Positions 18,872 through 29,604 of a stretch of 64,000 nt of DNA are shown here, piece by piece. This stretch comes from an uncultured delta proteobacterium (GTDB lineage Bacteria > Desulfobacterota > Desulfomonilia > UBA1062): NCBI GenBank assembly GCA_963785235.1, contig CAWAUM010000010.1, positions 1-64,000 of the forward strand, read 5' to 3'. Each line of letters begins with the position of its first letter. The first letter of the stretch is position 1. A program made the position numbers and the translations under genes. The notes beneath the pieces are model-generated. The model was not told the origin of the DNA, ran no database searches, and saw nothing but the letters and a program-made list of their open reading frames with translations.

Positions 18872-20071
18872 TTATTTCTTCGTCGCCTTTGCAAACGCCC
18901 TTTCCAGGTCCCCGATAATGTCTTTCACATCTTCCAGGCCTACGGCGAGCCGGAACAGGGTGTCGGTGATGCCCAGTTCGTAGCGCTTCTCGCGGGTATA
19001 GTCGTAATAGGTAACCGTAGCAGGATGGGTAATGAGCGTCTCTGCACCGCCGAAGCTCGGGCCGATGTAGATCATCTCCAGAGAATCCATAAAACGGTTG
19101 GCATCTTCAATTTCGCCCTTCATGATAAAGGTTACCACGCACCCCCCGCCCTTCATCTGCTCTTTGGCAATTGAGTAGTGCTGGTGGCTTTCCAGGAACG
19201 GGTAGTATGCCTTTTCTACAGCCGGGTGGCCTTCAAGGAATTTTGCCACTTCCAGGGCTGTTGCGTTCTGCCGCTCCACCCTCATGGGGAAGGTCTTGAT
19301 TCCCCTGAGCAGCAGGTAGCAGCAGTGCGCGTCAATGAGGCCGCCCATGGATTTGTGCAGGCTCCTGATGGGGGTGATGAGCTCAGTGCTGCCCAGCACC
19401 ACACCTGCCAGGATGTCGTTGTGGCCCGAGAGGTACTTGGTGCCGCTGTGGGTGACCAGGTCGATGCCGTATTCCAAAGGCCTCTGGTTGATGGAGGTCG
19501 CGATGGTGCTGTCGATGAGGGTGAGCACGTGGTGCTTGTCCGCGATCTTCTTCAATAGCACGAGGTCGAAGACGTTCAGGTACGGGTTCGTGGGAGACTC
19601 GGAGAAGATGAACCTCGTGTTCTCCTTGATGGCCCGGTCAAGGGCATCATAGTCCCCGAAGGGCACGATGGTGCAATCAACACCGAACCTCTGCAGGTAG
19701 ATCTTACAGAACTCGAGAGTCTTTTTGTAGCTGTCATCCGTGATGACAATATGGTCTCCCGTACGGACCAGCGAGAGGATGGTGGTGGTAATGGCCATCA
19801 TGCCCGAGGAGAAGACCAGGCAGTCTTCGGCGCCTTCCAGATCTGCAATGCGCCGTTGGGCAATGACCTCGGTGGGGTTGCCGTATCTTCCATACTCGAA
19901 GCGTTCTTTCTTTTCCTTGGTATATTCCCTGATGTCCTTGCTGTTTTTAAAGGTGAATGTAGAGGTCTGGAATATGGGTGTAGTAAGGGAATCGGCGTAC
20001 TTGTCACGGGGTTCACCTGCATGGATAGCTCGTGATGCCATACCGAATCTCTTTTCATCATTCTCGCTCAT
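18872..20071 (-). CDS. metB: Cys/Met-metabolism PLP enzyme (cystathionine gamma-synthase-like)
   Basis: PIFQTSTF, YGRYGNPT, FSSGM.AI, ESPTNP, HSGTKYLSGHND, FRLAVGLED. Confidence 0.8.
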   Translation of the reverse strand: MSENDEKRFGMASRAIHAGEPRDKYADSLTTPIFQTSTFTFKNSKDIREYTKEKKERFEYGRYGNPTEVIAQRRIADLEGAEDCLVFSSGMMAITTTILSLVRTGDHIVITDDSYKKTLEFCKIYLQRFGVDCTIVPFGDYDALDRAIKENTRFIFSESPTNPYLNVFDLVLLKKIADKHHVLTLIDSTIATSINQRPLEYGIDLVTHSGTKYLSGHNDILAGVVLGSTELITPIRSLHKSMGGLIDAHCCYLLLRGIKTFPMRVERQNATALEVAKFLEGHPAVEKAYYPFLESHQHYSIAKEQMKGGGCVVTFIMKGEIEDANRFMDSLEMIYIGPSFGGAETLITHPATVTYYDYTREKRYELGITDTLFRLAVGLEDVKDIIGDLERAFAKATKK

Positions 20072-20216
20072 ACCTTCTCCTTTCATACGCAAACCCAAAG
20101 ATAATTAGTGCTTATCGCTAATATATGCCCCCTGGGCTGTCAAGGCAAAATCCTTGGGCCTCCTGGAGGCGGATTCCCTTGTCACCATTGGAACGCATAT
20201 GGTATCAGCCCTGTCT

Positions 20217-20858
20217 ATGAACTCCATCATTGATGCTGTCATCAGCTATGCGCGGGATCATTTTGAAAACGCAAAGTACTCTCATGACTGGGAGCATACC
20301 GTCAGGGTGTATAAACTCTGCATGCACATCGGGGCCATTGAGGGGGCGGACCTTGATATCCTGACCATATCTGCATACCTTCACGATATCGGCAGGACCT
20401 TTCAGGATAGATCAAAAGGTGATATCTGCCATGCCGAAAAGGGCGCCGAGATGGCGAGAGAGCACTTAGATAAATACCCTATCCCTGACGAAAAGAAAGA
20501 GGACATCCTCCATTGCATTCTTACACACCGGTACCGCAACTCTCATGTGCCCCAAACCATCGAGGCCAAGGTCCTCTTCGATGCGGACAAGCTGGATGCC
20601 ATCGGGGCGGTGGGTATTGCACGGGCATACCTGTTTGCCGGAGAGGTGGGTGCGCTGCTGCACAACCCTCACGCCGACCCTGAGCATACAAAACCCTACA
20701 GCAGGGATGACACAGGCTACCGGGAATACCGGGTAAAGCTGAGCAAGATCAAGGACAAGATGCTCACTGCCGAAGGCTCCCGCATGGCCCGGGAACGCCA
20801 TGACTTCATGGAGGCCTTCTTCGATCGCTTCCACAAGGAGCATGAGGGTCTGCTGTAA
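20217..20858 (+). CDS. HD-domain phosphohydrolase
   Basis: HDWEH..RV, LHDIGR, DADKLDAIGA.GIAR. Confidence 0.85.
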   Translation: MNSIIDAVISYARDHFENAKYSHDWEHTVRVYKLCMHIGAIEGADLDILTISAYLHDIGRTFQDRSKGDICHAEKGAEMAREHLDKYPIPDEKKEDILHCILTHRYRNSHVPQTIEAKVLFDADKLDAIGAVGIARAYLFAGEVGALLHNPHADPEHTKPYSRDDTGYREYRVKLSKIKDKMLTAEGSRMARERHDFMEAFFDRFHKEHEGLL

Positions 20859-20875
20859 CAGAAGGGAGAAAAGCA

Positions 20876-21226
20876 ATGCACGAACTGCCTGTCATGCAGA
20901 GTATACTATCAATTGTACTCAAGCACGCGGCCATGCACCATGTGCAGAAGGTCCATGCCATTGGCCTGTCCGTCGGCACCTTGAGCGACCTGGAAGAGGA
21001 GTGGATGCAGAAATACTTTGACCACCTGAGCGCGGGCACGAAGGCCGAGGGTGCCAGGCTGAAGATCGAATGGGTGCCGGCAGTGCTCTCGTGCGAAGGG
21101 TGCGGGAAAAACTTTGAGATAGACAAGACAAAACTCGACGGCATCACCTGCCCTGCATGCGGGCAAAAAAAGTTTTCACTGGTATCCGGCAAGGAATACC
21201 ACATCAAGGACATGGAGGCGCAGTGA
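20876..21226 (+). CDS. hypA: Nickel metallochaperone HypA
   Basis: MHE N-terminus and two CxxC motifs. Confidence 0.93.
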   Translation: MHELPVMQSILSIVLKHAAMHHVQKVHAIGLSVGTLSDLEEEWMQKYFDHLSAGTKAEGARLKIEWVPAVLSCEGCGKNFEIDKTKLDGITCPACGQKKFSLVSGKEYHIKDMEAQ

Positions 21227-21894
21227 TGAGTGAGATCAGGCTGATAGAGATCAAAGAGGAGATCCTCTCGGACAACAAGAAAGATGCCGATGACCTCAGG
21301 AAAAGACTTAAAGGACAGAAGACCTTTCTCCTCAACCTCATGAGCTCACCCGGAGCAGGCAAGACGACGCTGATCCTCAAGACCATCGAGCACCTCAAGG
21401 ACAAATTCCGCATCGGTGTACTGGAGGCGGACATCGACTCCATGGTGGATGCCGAGAAGATCGCTGATGCGGGCATTCCTGCGGTCCAGATCAGGACAGG
21501 GGGGTTCTGCCACCTGGATGCCGGTATGGTGATAAAGGGACTCGATGCCTTGGACCTGGCAAACCTTGACCTCGTCATCATAGAAAATGTGGGCAACCTG
21601 GTGTGCCCGGCTGAATTCGACACCGGAGCCATGAAGAACGCCATGATCCTGAGTGTTCCCGAGGGTGATGACAAGCCGCTCAAGTACCCCCTCATGTTCA
21701 GCATCTGTGATGTTTTGCTGGTGAACAAGGTCGACTATCTGGCCATGTCCGATTTCGACATGAAGAAACTCTATGAGCGGGTCCGCACCCTGAACCCCGG
21801 CATTACCATACTTGAGACCTCCGGCAAGACCGGTGCCGGGATTGATGCATGGGCTGGGTGGCTTGCCAAGGAAGTGCAGGCGTTCATCGGGTGA
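21226..21894 (+). CDS. hypB: Nickel-incorporation GTPase HypB
   Basis: SSPGAGKT, CHLDA, ENVGNLVCPA, EGDDKPLKYP, NKVD. Confidence 0.95.
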   Translation: MSEIRLIEIKEEILSDNKKDADDLRKRLKGQKTFLLNLMSSPGAGKTTLILKTIEHLKDKFRIGVLEADIDSMVDAEKIADAGIPAVQIRTGGFCHLDAGMVIKGLDALDLANLDLVIIENVGNLVCPAEFDTGAMKNAMILSVPEGDDKPLKYPLMFSICDVLLVNKVDYLAMSDFDMKKLYERVRTLNPGITILETSGKTGAGIDAWAGWLAKEVQAFIG

Positions 21895-21998
21895 GACCGA
21901 TCACGGGAACGACAACAGAAACGATTTCCACACAATAAAGGCTAAAGCCATCCTTACATTCTGCTTGATCTTGAACCACGCTGTATGAATATATAATG

Positions 21999-22123
21999 CT
22001 GAGGTAATTGCATAACTCAAAAAACCTGTCACCCCCGCGAAAGCGGGGGTCCAGAAGTCCTTAAAAAGACTGGATTCCCGCTTTCGCGGGAATGACAACC
22101 AGAGGATTTTGCAACTAGCTCAG
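21999..22123. mobile_element. 125-bp MITE-like element upstream of dapL
   Basis: Terminal IRs CTGAGGTAATTGCA / TGCAACTAGCTCAG. Internal GTCACCCCCGCGAAAGCGGGGGTCCAG...CTGGATTCCCGCTTTCGCGGGAATGAC. Confidence 0.75.
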
Positions 22124-22148
22124 CTTAATAAAAAATGAAGGTGTATAA

Positions 22149-23372
22149 ATGATCAGAATTAATGAAAACTATTTAAAGCTGAAGCCATCATACCTTTTTT
22201 CAGAGATCAGCAAGCGCGTGGCTGCCTTCCAGAAGTCTAACCCCGCAAAAGAGATCATCCGCCTGGGTATCGGTGATGTTACAAGGGCATTACCCAAGGC
22301 CTGCATTGATGCCTTCCATAAGGCAGTGGACGAAATGGCACAGGACAGCACATTCATGGGCTATGGCCCTGAGCAGGGTTACGCCTTCCTGAGGGAAAAG
22401 ATCGCCCTTTCTGATTACCAGTCCCGCGGCGCAGATATTCGCTCAGATGAGATCTTCGTCAGCGACGGGGCCAAGAGCGACACGGCAAACATCCAGGAGA
22501 TCTTTTCATCCGATATCCGCATCGCCATTCCCGACCCGGTCTACCCCGTTTACCTGGATACCAATATCATGGCGGGTCGCGCAGGAAACCAAGATGGTGG
22601 GAGATATGATGCAATCGTATACCTTGACAGCACTGATAAAAACAACTTCATCCCGGACCTCCCCAAGGAGAGTGTGGACCTCATCTACCTGTGCTTCCCC
22701 AACAATCCCACAGGTGCAACAATCACAACAGCCCAGCTGAAGCCCTGGGTGGATTATGCCAGGCAGAACAAGGCCCTTATCCTCTATGATGCCGCGTATG
22801 AGGCCTTCATAAACGATGAGAGTCTGCCCCGGTCCATCTATGAAATTGATGGCGCCAGGGAGGTGGCCATTGAATTCAGGAGCTTCTCCAAAACCGCCGG
22901 GTTCACCGGTACAAGGTGTGCCTTCACCGTGGTGCCCAAAGACTGCAGGGCATATGACAGGGCAGGAAACAAACACCTGCTTCATGCCTTCTGGAACAGG
23001 CGTCAGACCACCAAGTTCAACGGCGTCTCCTACCCTGTGCAAAAGGCTGCCGAGGCAATATACTCAGATGCCGGCAAGATCCAGGTAAAGGAGTTGATCC
23101 ACTACTATATGGACAATGCCTCCCTTATCAGAAAAAGTATGCAGTCTCTTGGATACGCGTGCACCGGAGGTGAAAACTCCCCCTATATCTGGGTAAAGAC
23201 CGGGTTGGATTCATGGGAATTCTTTGATATGCTCCTGAACAAGGCCGGGGTCGTGTGCACCCCCGGCGCCGGATTCGGCCGGTGCGGCCAGGGCTATATC
23301 CGCATCAGCGCCTTCAACAGCCATGAGAATGTAAAATCAGCGCTTGAGCGTATAATGCTTACATTACGCTGA
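22149..23372 (+). CDS. dapL: LL-diaminopimelate aminotransferase
   Basis: [49 protein letters not shown]. Confidence 0.95.
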   Translation: MIRINENYLKLKPSYLFSEISKRVAAFQKSNPAKEIIRLGIGDVTRALPKACIDAFHKAVDEMAQDSTFMGYGPEQGYAFLREKIALSDYQSRGADIRSDEIFVSDGAKSDTANIQEIFSSDIRIAIPDPVYPVYLDTNIMAGRAGNQDGGRYDAIVYLDSTDKNNFIPDLPKESVDLIYLCFPNNPTGATITTAQLKPWVDYARQNKALILYDAAYEAFINDESLPRSIYEIDGAREVAIEFRSFSKTAGFTGTRCAFTVVPKDCRAYDRAGNKHLLHAFWNRRQTTKFNGVSYPVQKAAEAIYSDAGKIQVKELIHYYMDNASLIRKSMQSLGYACTGGENSPYIWVKTGLDSWEFFDMLLNKAGVVCTPGAGFGRCGQGYIRISAFNSHENVKSALERIMLTLR

Positions 23373-24923
23373 CAAATCATCTGTTACCTTAAAGCGCTCA
23401 ACAATGTCGTTAAGCTGTTCGGCTTCAGTGCTGAGGAGGCCTGCGGCGGCGGCAAGCTCTTCAACCGTCGAGGCATTCTGCTGGGTGGTTGTATCGATCT
23501 GGCTGATAGCCCTGTTCACCTCATCAACACCCACAGCCTGTTCATTTGAAGACGAGGAGATCTCATCCATGGTCTGAGAGAGCATATCGATATTTCCGAT
23601 GATATCTTTCAGAGAAATAACCGCTTTCTTCACAATATCATCGCCGGCATTCACTTTGTTCACGGTATCCTGGATCATTTCCTTGATCTGCTTGGCTGCT
23701 TCGGCCGAACGCTGTGCCAGAGCCCTCACCTCCTGGGCGACAACGGCAAAACCCTTACCGTGCTCACCGGCCCGTGCCGCCTCTACTGCGGCATTCAAGG
23801 CCAGAAGATTGGTCTGAAAGGCGACCTCATTGACTGTAATAATAATATCCCCGATCTTCTTGGAAGACATGGAGATCTCATCCATGGCCTTCATAAGGTC
23901 TTTGGTTGATTCGCGGGTGACAGTGGTCTGCTGCACCAGGTTACTTGTCATGTCACGGCCCTTATCTGCATGAGATGCATTCTGCTTGATGCTCGAGGTC
24001 ATCTGTTCGATCGTAGCCGCCACCTGTTCTACGGCCGATGCCTGTTCCTGGGTTATCTGTGATAATCCCTGGGAACCGGCTGCAACCTCTTGTGTAGTAG
24101 TGTTTACCTGAGAAGATGTTTCCTTGACCTTTGCAATGATATTCTCAAAATTTGATAGAAAGGCATTGATCCCCTGACAAAGCTTCCCGATCTCATCGTT
24201 TCCTTTTGCCTCTACTCGCTTTGTAAGATCGCCCTCTCCTTCGACAATATCCTTGATGCGCATGATGACATAGTTCATGGGCTTGGTGATCATGCTATGT
24301 ACAACCCAGTACCATAACAGTGCCGTACCGGCGGTAACGATGAGGGTCAACAGAAGGATATGAGTAATAAGGGTATTAAACGCTGAGTAGTATTCACTTT
24401 TCTTTATACCTGTGTAGAGCACGCCGATTATTTCACCCTTGCCGTTCTTGATGGGATCATAGGCAGTAAAGTAGGTGGTGCCGAGGATTTCTGTTTCCCC
24501 CCGGTACTGTTTCTGATCCTTGAAAATGGCATCGTACGCAGGGCCCTTCAGTTTTGTTCCAATGGCACGTGTTCCATCGGGCTTCATGACATTTGTCGAT
24601 ATTCTCTCATCGCGCATGAATATGGTTGCTGTGCCGCCGCACAGCTTTTTCATTTTATCCGGGAGTTCAAAATTATCATTGATGACATATTCTCCGACCT
24701 TGAGCTTGTTATCAACGATATCCATGTCACTGCCCTTGCTTTCAAGAAGATGCCAGAACATGCGAAGGCGAGACTCCTGGTCTGCCGTGGCAAGCCTTTT
24801 CAACTCAGAATCGAAATTAATATAGTAGACCAGAGAAAGGATACAGACAAAAGAAAGGATCCCGCAGATAGCCAGGCCTACCATCTTCACCTTGATAGTC
24901 AGGTTACTTAAATGATTGAACAT
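23364..24923 (-). CDS. Methyl-accepting chemotaxis protein (Cache sensor, HAMP)
   Basis: Two TMs, RISTNV...G.RAIGT.L (Cache), DLT.R...DEIG (HAMP), [31 protein letters not shown]. Confidence 0.93.
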   Translation of the reverse strand: MFNHLSNLTIKVKMVGLAICGILSFVCILSLVYYINFDSELKRLATADQESRLRMFWHLLESKGSDMDIVDNKLKVGEYVINDNFELPDKMKKLCGGTATIFMRDERISTNVMKPDGTRAIGTKLKGPAYDAIFKDQKQYRGETEILGTTYFTAYDPIKNGKGEIIGVLYTGIKKSEYYSAFNTLITHILLLTLIVTAGTALLWYWVVHSMITKPMNYVIMRIKDIVEGEGDLTKRVEAKGNDEIGKLCQGINAFLSNFENIIAKVKETSSQVNTTTQEVAAGSQGLSQITQEQASAVEQVAATIEQMTSSIKQNASHADKGRDMTSNLVQQTTVTRESTKDLMKAMDEISMSSKKIGDIIITVNEVAFQTNLLALNAAVEAARAGEHGKGFAVVAQEVRALAQRSAEAAKQIKEMIQDTVNKVNAGDDIVKKAVISLKDIIGNIDMLSQTMDEISSSSNEQAVGVDEVNRAISQIDTTTQQNASTVEELAAAAGLLSTEAEQLNDIVERFKVTDDLSA

Positions 24924-24997
24924 ATGTTGATTCCTCCATGCTGTTTTCTTCTTCACCTGTTTTAAAAGGCCCTGCCTGCCTCGCTTAATACTATGCC

Positions 24998-25025
24998 TTA
25001 ACGGATATCCGGGTAATATTCTTTA
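24998..25025 (-). promoter_or_regulatory. Possible sigma28 (FliA) promoter of the MCP gene
   Basis: Minus strand TAAA-N16-TCCGTTAA, versus consensus TAAA-N15-GCCGATAA. Confidence 0.35.
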
Positions 25026-25135
25026 TCCCATAATATATTGTGCGGCCATTGAGTTTTTCTCTTCCCTTATTTCCGCCTCCCTTTATGGCTTAACGCTTGA
25101 CATAGGTAGCCCATCATGGCTTATTTCAATATGGC

Positions 25136-25864
25136 ATGATCACCTTCAAAAAGGTCAACAAGTGGTTCGGCGATCTCCATGTCCTCAATGACGTGGACTT
25201 CCATGTTGATTCGGGCGAAGTCGTCGTGATCTGCGGACCTTCCGGGTCGGGAAAAAGCACCCTTATCCGGTGCATCAACAAGCTCGAGCCCATCAACAAT
25301 GGTGAGATACATGTGGACGGCATGCCTATCCACGACCCTAAGATCAATCTGCGCAGGCTCAGGGAGGAGATCGGGTTCGTGTTCCAGCAGTTCAACCTCT
25401 ACCCCCATATGACCGCGCTCCAGAACATCACCCTGGCGCCCATATATGTGCGTAAACAGAAGCGGGAAGAGGCTGAGGCGTATGCACATGAACTGCTCAA
25501 AAAAGTTGGCATTTCCGAGAAGGCCAACGCTTACCCGGATCAGCTCTCAGGCGGACAGCAGCAACGGGTGGCCATCGCGCGAGGCCTGGCCATGCGGCCG
25601 AAGATCATGCTCTTTGACGAGCCAACTTCCGCCCTGGACCCGGAGATGATAAACGAGGTGCTCGATGTCATGAAGACATTGGCCCGGGAGGGCATGACCA
25701 TGATCGTAGTCACCCACGAGATGGGTTTTGCCCGTGAGGTGGCGCACAGGGTTGTCTTTATGGATGAAGGCCAACTCATCGAAAGTGCACCGCCGGATAA
25801 ATTCTTCAACGAGGCCAGGCATGAGCGCACAAAACTATTCTTAAGCAAGATCTTGACCCACTAG
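25136..25864 (+). CDS. Polar amino-acid ABC transporter ATPase (GlnQ family)
   Basis: [48 protein letters not shown]. Confidence 0.93.
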   Translation: MITFKKVNKWFGDLHVLNDVDFHVDSGEVVVICGPSGSGKSTLIRCINKLEPINNGEIHVDGMPIHDPKINLRRLREEIGFVFQQFNLYPHMTALQNITLAPIYVRKQKREEAEAYAHELLKKVGISEKANAYPDQLSGGQQQRVAIARGLAMRPKIMLFDEPTSALDPEMINEVLDVMKTLAREGMTMIVVTHEMGFAREVAHRVVFMDEGQLIESAPPDKFFNEARHERTKLFLSKILTH

Positions 25865-25913
25865 GGTTCTTGGAGCATTTATATAAAGAGACATCCTAAC
25901 AAAGGAGGAGGTT

Positions 25914-26765
25914 ATGAAAAGACTGTTTACCGGAATACTCGTAGCATTGGTTCTCATGGTCTTTGCAGGTCCCACCCTTAGCTATGCCGGCGCCACCTAT
26001 GACAAGGTCAACAAAGACGGTGTGGTCCGCGTGGGGATGATGTACAACAGCATCCCTGCCGCATACTTCAACGACAAGAACGAGTGGGTTGGTTTTGATG
26101 TGGACACGGCCGAGGAAGTCGTCAAGAGGATTGGGGCTTCCATGGGCAAGCAGCTCAAGGTTGAGCGGGTCAAGGTGAACAACATATCGAGGATCTCCAT
26201 GCTCACCTCGGGCATGATCGACGTGTCTGTTGCCAACATGACGCACAAGCGCGAGCGCGACAAGACCATAGACTTCTCCATCACCTACTTCTTCGACGGG
26301 CAGAAGATCCTTGCCAAAAAAGGCAAATTCAAGGGCCTCAAGGATTTCAAGGGCAAGAAACTCGCATCCCAGCAGGGGACAACAAGCGAAAAGAATGCAA
26401 TGGAACTGCTGAAGAAGCTCGGCGACCCCAATTATCAGAAGAACGTCATCAGCTTCCAGGATGAGCCTTCCTGCTTCCTGGCTCTCCAGCAGGGCAAGGT
26501 GGCCGGATGGACTACGGACAGCACCATCCTTTTGGGCTACGCGGCAAAAGACCCGGGTAAGTATGAGCTTGTGGGAGATTTCTTCAGCTCGGAGCCCTAC
26601 GGCATGGGACTTCCGCAGGATGACAGCGCCTGGCGCGATGCCGTCAACTTCGCACTCCAGGATATGTGGGCCGACGGGACATACAAGAAAATCTACGACA
26701 AGTGGTATGGCCCCAGCACACCCTACTACTTCCCACTGACCGAGAAGATCGAGATGTGGCCGTGA
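25914..26765 (+). CDS. Polar amino-acid ABC transporter substrate-binding protein (family 3)
   Basis: Signal peptide, GFDVD, T...ER...IDFS..YF.DGQ, EPYG. Confidence 0.9.
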   Translation: MKRLFTGILVALVLMVFAGPTLSYAGATYDKVNKDGVVRVGMMYNSIPAAYFNDKNEWVGFDVDTAEEVVKRIGASMGKQLKVERVKVNNISRISMLTSGMIDVSVANMTHKRERDKTIDFSITYFFDGQKILAKKGKFKGLKDFKGKKLASQQGTTSEKNAMELLKKLGDPNYQKNVISFQDEPSCFLALQQGKVAGWTTDSTILLGYAAKDPGKYELVGDFFSSEPYGMGLPQDDSAWRDAVNFALQDMWADGTYKKIYDKWYGPSTPYYFPLTEKIEMWP

Positions 26766-26794
26766 TGGGAAGCATCTGAAAAAGGTATGATCTC

Positions 26795-26829
26795 ATCTGC
26801 GGTCCAGCCTGCTGGGCCGCAGATTTTTT
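26795..26829 (+). terminator. Hairpin plus T-run between the binding-protein and permease genes
   Basis: ATCTGCGGTCCAG-CCTG-CTGGGCCGCAGAT-TTTTT. Confidence 0.65.
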
Positions 26830-26877
26830 ACCGAACAAGGATGATGCGTAATCCTTTACGGAGATGACAAGGCCCTT

Positions 26878-28680
26878 ATGAAACCATCCATCAAGACCTC
26901 GCTGCAGCAGACAGGTGTAGTTGGAGCCATCATATTCGGCATCTTTCTCCTCTTCAAGCATGCCCACTTCGGCTATGACTTTTACTGGCCTGTCCTGTGG
27001 GAGGTCAACCCCACATACAAGGAGATATTCGGCGTCTGGCTCCTCAAGGGCCTGCTGCTCACCCTCAAAATATCACTGATCAGTACCGGCATCGCCCTGA
27101 TCATGGGAACCATATTCGGCATTGCCAGACTCTCACGTTTCACCCCTACCTATGCCTTTGCCACGGCTTATGTGGAGTTCTTCCGGAATACCCCGCTACT
27201 CGTCCAGCTCTTCTTCTGGTACTTTGCCTTTCCCATGATCCTGCCCGAGGACATGCGCACCTTCCTCAACGAGCACAATTACGAATTCTGGGCCGCCACC
27301 TTCGGACTTGGCATCTATACAGGCGCCTTTGTCGCCGAGGTCGTGCGGGCGGGCATCCAGGCCATACCGCACGGACACATCGAAGCGGCCGTCTCATCAG
27401 GCCTCACCGGTGCACAGATGCTGCGCCATGTAATCCTTCCCCAGGCATTCCGCATCATCATCCCGCCACTGGGCAGCGAGTTCCTCAACAACATGAAGAA
27501 CTCATCCCTTGCCATGACCATCGGAGTCGCCGAACTGTGCTGGAATTCCCAGCAGATACAGTCCTTCACCTTCCGGGGTTTCGAAGCCACCTCAGCCGCA
27601 TCGCTTATCTATCTGGGTGTTTCACTGAGCATATCGCTCATCATGAACAGCATAAACCACCACCTGGCCATTGGACCCTCAAAACAACTCAATACAATAG
27701 ACCGCATCTTTGCCCTTATCTTCAAGCCCTGGCTGCTGCTCGCCCGGACCATTGCCTCCATCTTCACTGCATTAAAACGCATATTCAAGCTCGGGGAGTT
27801 TGCACCTGTTCGGGAAGAAGCGCTCTACGCTTCCCTCTGGGAACGTTTCGCAAAAAAATTATGGCAGGTATCAGTTTTCGCCACAAAGTTACTATTCATC
27901 GGCCTGTTCATCGGTCTCATCTTACTGATAGGTACTATGGTCTATAGATACAACTGGCAGGTGATCGCCTCGATCATGAAATCGCTTCTCATCTGGACTT
28001 TCCCTCATGGCGGACCAGGCGAGATCTTTCATGGTCTCGGAGGGCTTACCCTGAGCATCATCCTTGCCTTTATCGCCCTGGTAGTGAGTTTCTTCATAGG
28101 CCTTTTCATAGGCATCGGGAGGCTCTCCAAAAATACATTTGTATCCACACCGAGCGTTCTTTACATTGAAATCATACGGGGAAACCCCCTTATCATGGTC
28201 ATCTTCTGGGTGTACTTCTTCTCCCATTTTGTCACAGGGGTGCAGATGGACGTATTCTGGAGCGCCACTATCGCCTTTACCATTTTCTCCGGGGCCTATC
28301 TTGCCGAGATCGTGCGTGCAGGCGTAAGCGCCATACCCAGAGGTCAAATAGAGGCAGCCACGGCCTCGGGCCTTTCCTATTTCCGGACAATGCGGCACGT
28401 GGTGCTTCCCCAGGCGCTCAAAATCATGATACCCGCCTTTGTGGGGCAATTCATCTCCTTGTTCAAAGACACCTCTCTTGCCTATATCGTCGGTGTCTTC
28501 GAGCTCACTACGGTTGCCCAGACACTGAACAACCGTCTCATGATCTATCCCTTTGAAATATACACCACCATTGCCGTGCTCTATTTCATGTGCTGTTACA
28601 GCATGTCACGCGTCGCCCGCAGACTTGAGATCAGATACACGCCTTCGAGAAAGAGTTACCGCTCCATGAGCATGGCCTGA
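26878..28680 (+). CDS. Polar amino-acid ABC permease with two permease domains in one polypeptide
   Basis: Two sets of R(N/G)(T/N)PL...AE.VRAG...AIP.G..EAA..SGL...V.LPQA motifs. Confidence 0.9.
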   Translation: MKPSIKTSLQQTGVVGAIIFGIFLLFKHAHFGYDFYWPVLWEVNPTYKEIFGVWLLKGLLLTLKISLISTGIALIMGTIFGIARLSRFTPTYAFATAYVEFFRNTPLLVQLFFWYFAFPMILPEDMRTFLNEHNYEFWAATFGLGIYTGAFVAEVVRAGIQAIPHGHIEAAVSSGLTGAQMLRHVILPQAFRIIIPPLGSEFLNNMKNSSLAMTIGVAELCWNSQQIQSFTFRGFEATSAASLIYLGVSLSISLIMNSINHHLAIGPSKQLNTIDRIFALIFKPWLLLARTIASIFTALKRIFKLGEFAPVREEALYASLWERFAKKLWQVSVFATKLLFIGLFIGLILLIGTMVYRYNWQVIASIMKSLLIWTFPHGGPGEIFHGLGGLTLSIILAFIALVVSFFIGLFIGIGRLSKNTFVSTPSVLYIEIIRGNPLIMVIFWVYFFSHFVTGVQMDVFWSATIAFTIFSGAYLAEIVRAGVSAIPRGQIEAATASGLSYFRTMRHVVLPQALKIMIPAFVGQFISLFKDTSLAYIVGVFELTTVAQTLNNRLMIYPFEIYTTIAVLYFMCCYSMSRVARRLEIRYTPSRKSYRSMSMA

Positions 28681-28734
28681 TCTTCCTATTTGATTTAATC
28701 CGGAATGAGCATACTAAGATGAGTAAAAACCTGA

Positions 28735-28820
28735 TCCGATAAAATCTGTCATCTTGCAGCCTTTCAGGGCCGGGAAAATTAGCATTCTCCTAAGGCTGCA
28801 AGATGACAGATTTTATCGGA
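28735..28820. repeat. 86-bp element with perfect 29-bp inverted arms (MITE or IS-end remnant)
   Basis: TCCGATAAAATCTGTCATCTTGCAGCCTT-N28-AAGGCTGCAAGATGACAGATTTTATCGGA. Confidence 0.85.
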
Positions 28821-28948
28821 CCTATTTTTAAAAGCAATTCCATGGTCTCTGTAAGTGCTATGTGCAAAACAACCCGTAGGTGCATAGCGTATTTATGGGT
28901 ACATTCAATAGCAAATCCCGGATTAAGCACTATTGCTGCTGTGCCCCT

Positions 28949-29121
28949 TGCCACATTGTCATCCCGGCAAGGGGATTTTCAATCTTTTTGTCAAATTGTC
29001 ACAGAAATGAACAAGCAAACACACCTCCTTGTCAATCTGGCATTTAAACCTACCGCTCCCAGTATATTACCTTATATATTTCAGTTAGTTATAAAATCGA
29101 CTCCCCTGGCATGAACATTGC
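28949..29121 (+). promoter_or_regulatory. Sigma54 promoter with an IHF-like site and repeated upstream activator-like boxes
   Basis: TGGCATGAACATTGC (29107-29121, canonical -24/-12 spacing). TTTCAGTTAGTTA (29079-29091). TGYCA-N3-YGKCA at 28949, 28957, 28989 and 29030. Confidence 0.7.
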
Positions 29122-29161
29122 CTTCTCATTCATCAGAGAAACAAACCAAAGGAGAATGAAA

Positions 29162-29338
29162 ATGATAGCACTCTGGGTCGTAATTGGTTGCATGTTCATG
29201 ACGGGCATCGGCATCAGGTTCACCTATCGCGTATTAGGGCTCACCCCGGTTGAAGCAACTGCCGTGTTTGCACTCATTGTTGCGCTCGTCGGCGTCAATT
29301 CAGGTCCGGTGCGACAGATGATCGCGCAGCTCTTCTAG
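29162..29338 (+). CDS. Small two-TM membrane protein of unknown function
   Basis: AAGGAG RBS; 58 aa with two hydrophobic helices. Confidence 0.7.
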   Translation: MIALWVVIGCMFMTGIGIRFTYRVLGLTPVEATAVFALIVALVGVNSGPVRQMIAQLF

Positions 29339-29364
29339 GAAAGGCAAACTCAGGAGAACATGTC

Positions 29365-29604
29365 GTGAAACGGCTCGTAAAAAACAGGTTATCGAGGAAG
29401 CTGACAAGCAGGATTGCCCGGATCAGCGCACTGAGCTTCGTGCTGGTCATTATGACATTCCTCGGCCTTTATGCCGGTATGTATGTGGATCAGATAACCC
29501 GCATGGCACCAAATTTTACGATGCTCGGACTGATAATTGGAATAGCTATTGGCTTTAAAGGTTTTATCGAAGAGGTATTGGTGGAAAGGAGAAAAGAATC
29601 ATGA
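29365..29604 (+). CDS. AtpZ/AtpI (ATPase gene 1)-like small membrane protein
   Basis: G...GMY.D......P.F.MLGLIIG...GF pattern; AGGAG RBS. Confidence 0.6.
   Translation: MKRLVKNRLSRKLTSRIARISALSFVLVIMTFLGLYAGMYVDQITRMAPNFTMLGLIIGIAIGFKGFIEEVLVERRKES

Noticed and set aside
20072-20216. SAM riboswitch upstream of the metB-like gene
   Set aside because: No S-box core is recognisable, and the leader after the TTGACA box is too short.
17404-22098. Short track ORFs 17404-17595 and 21901-22098 (SFPRKRES-like peptides)
   Set aside because: They are translations of the palindromic MITE, not genes.
28803-29114. 103-aa track ORF upstream of the small-protein operon
   Set aside because: It starts inside an inverted-repeat arm and runs across enhancer, IHF and promoter motifs, with no protein features.
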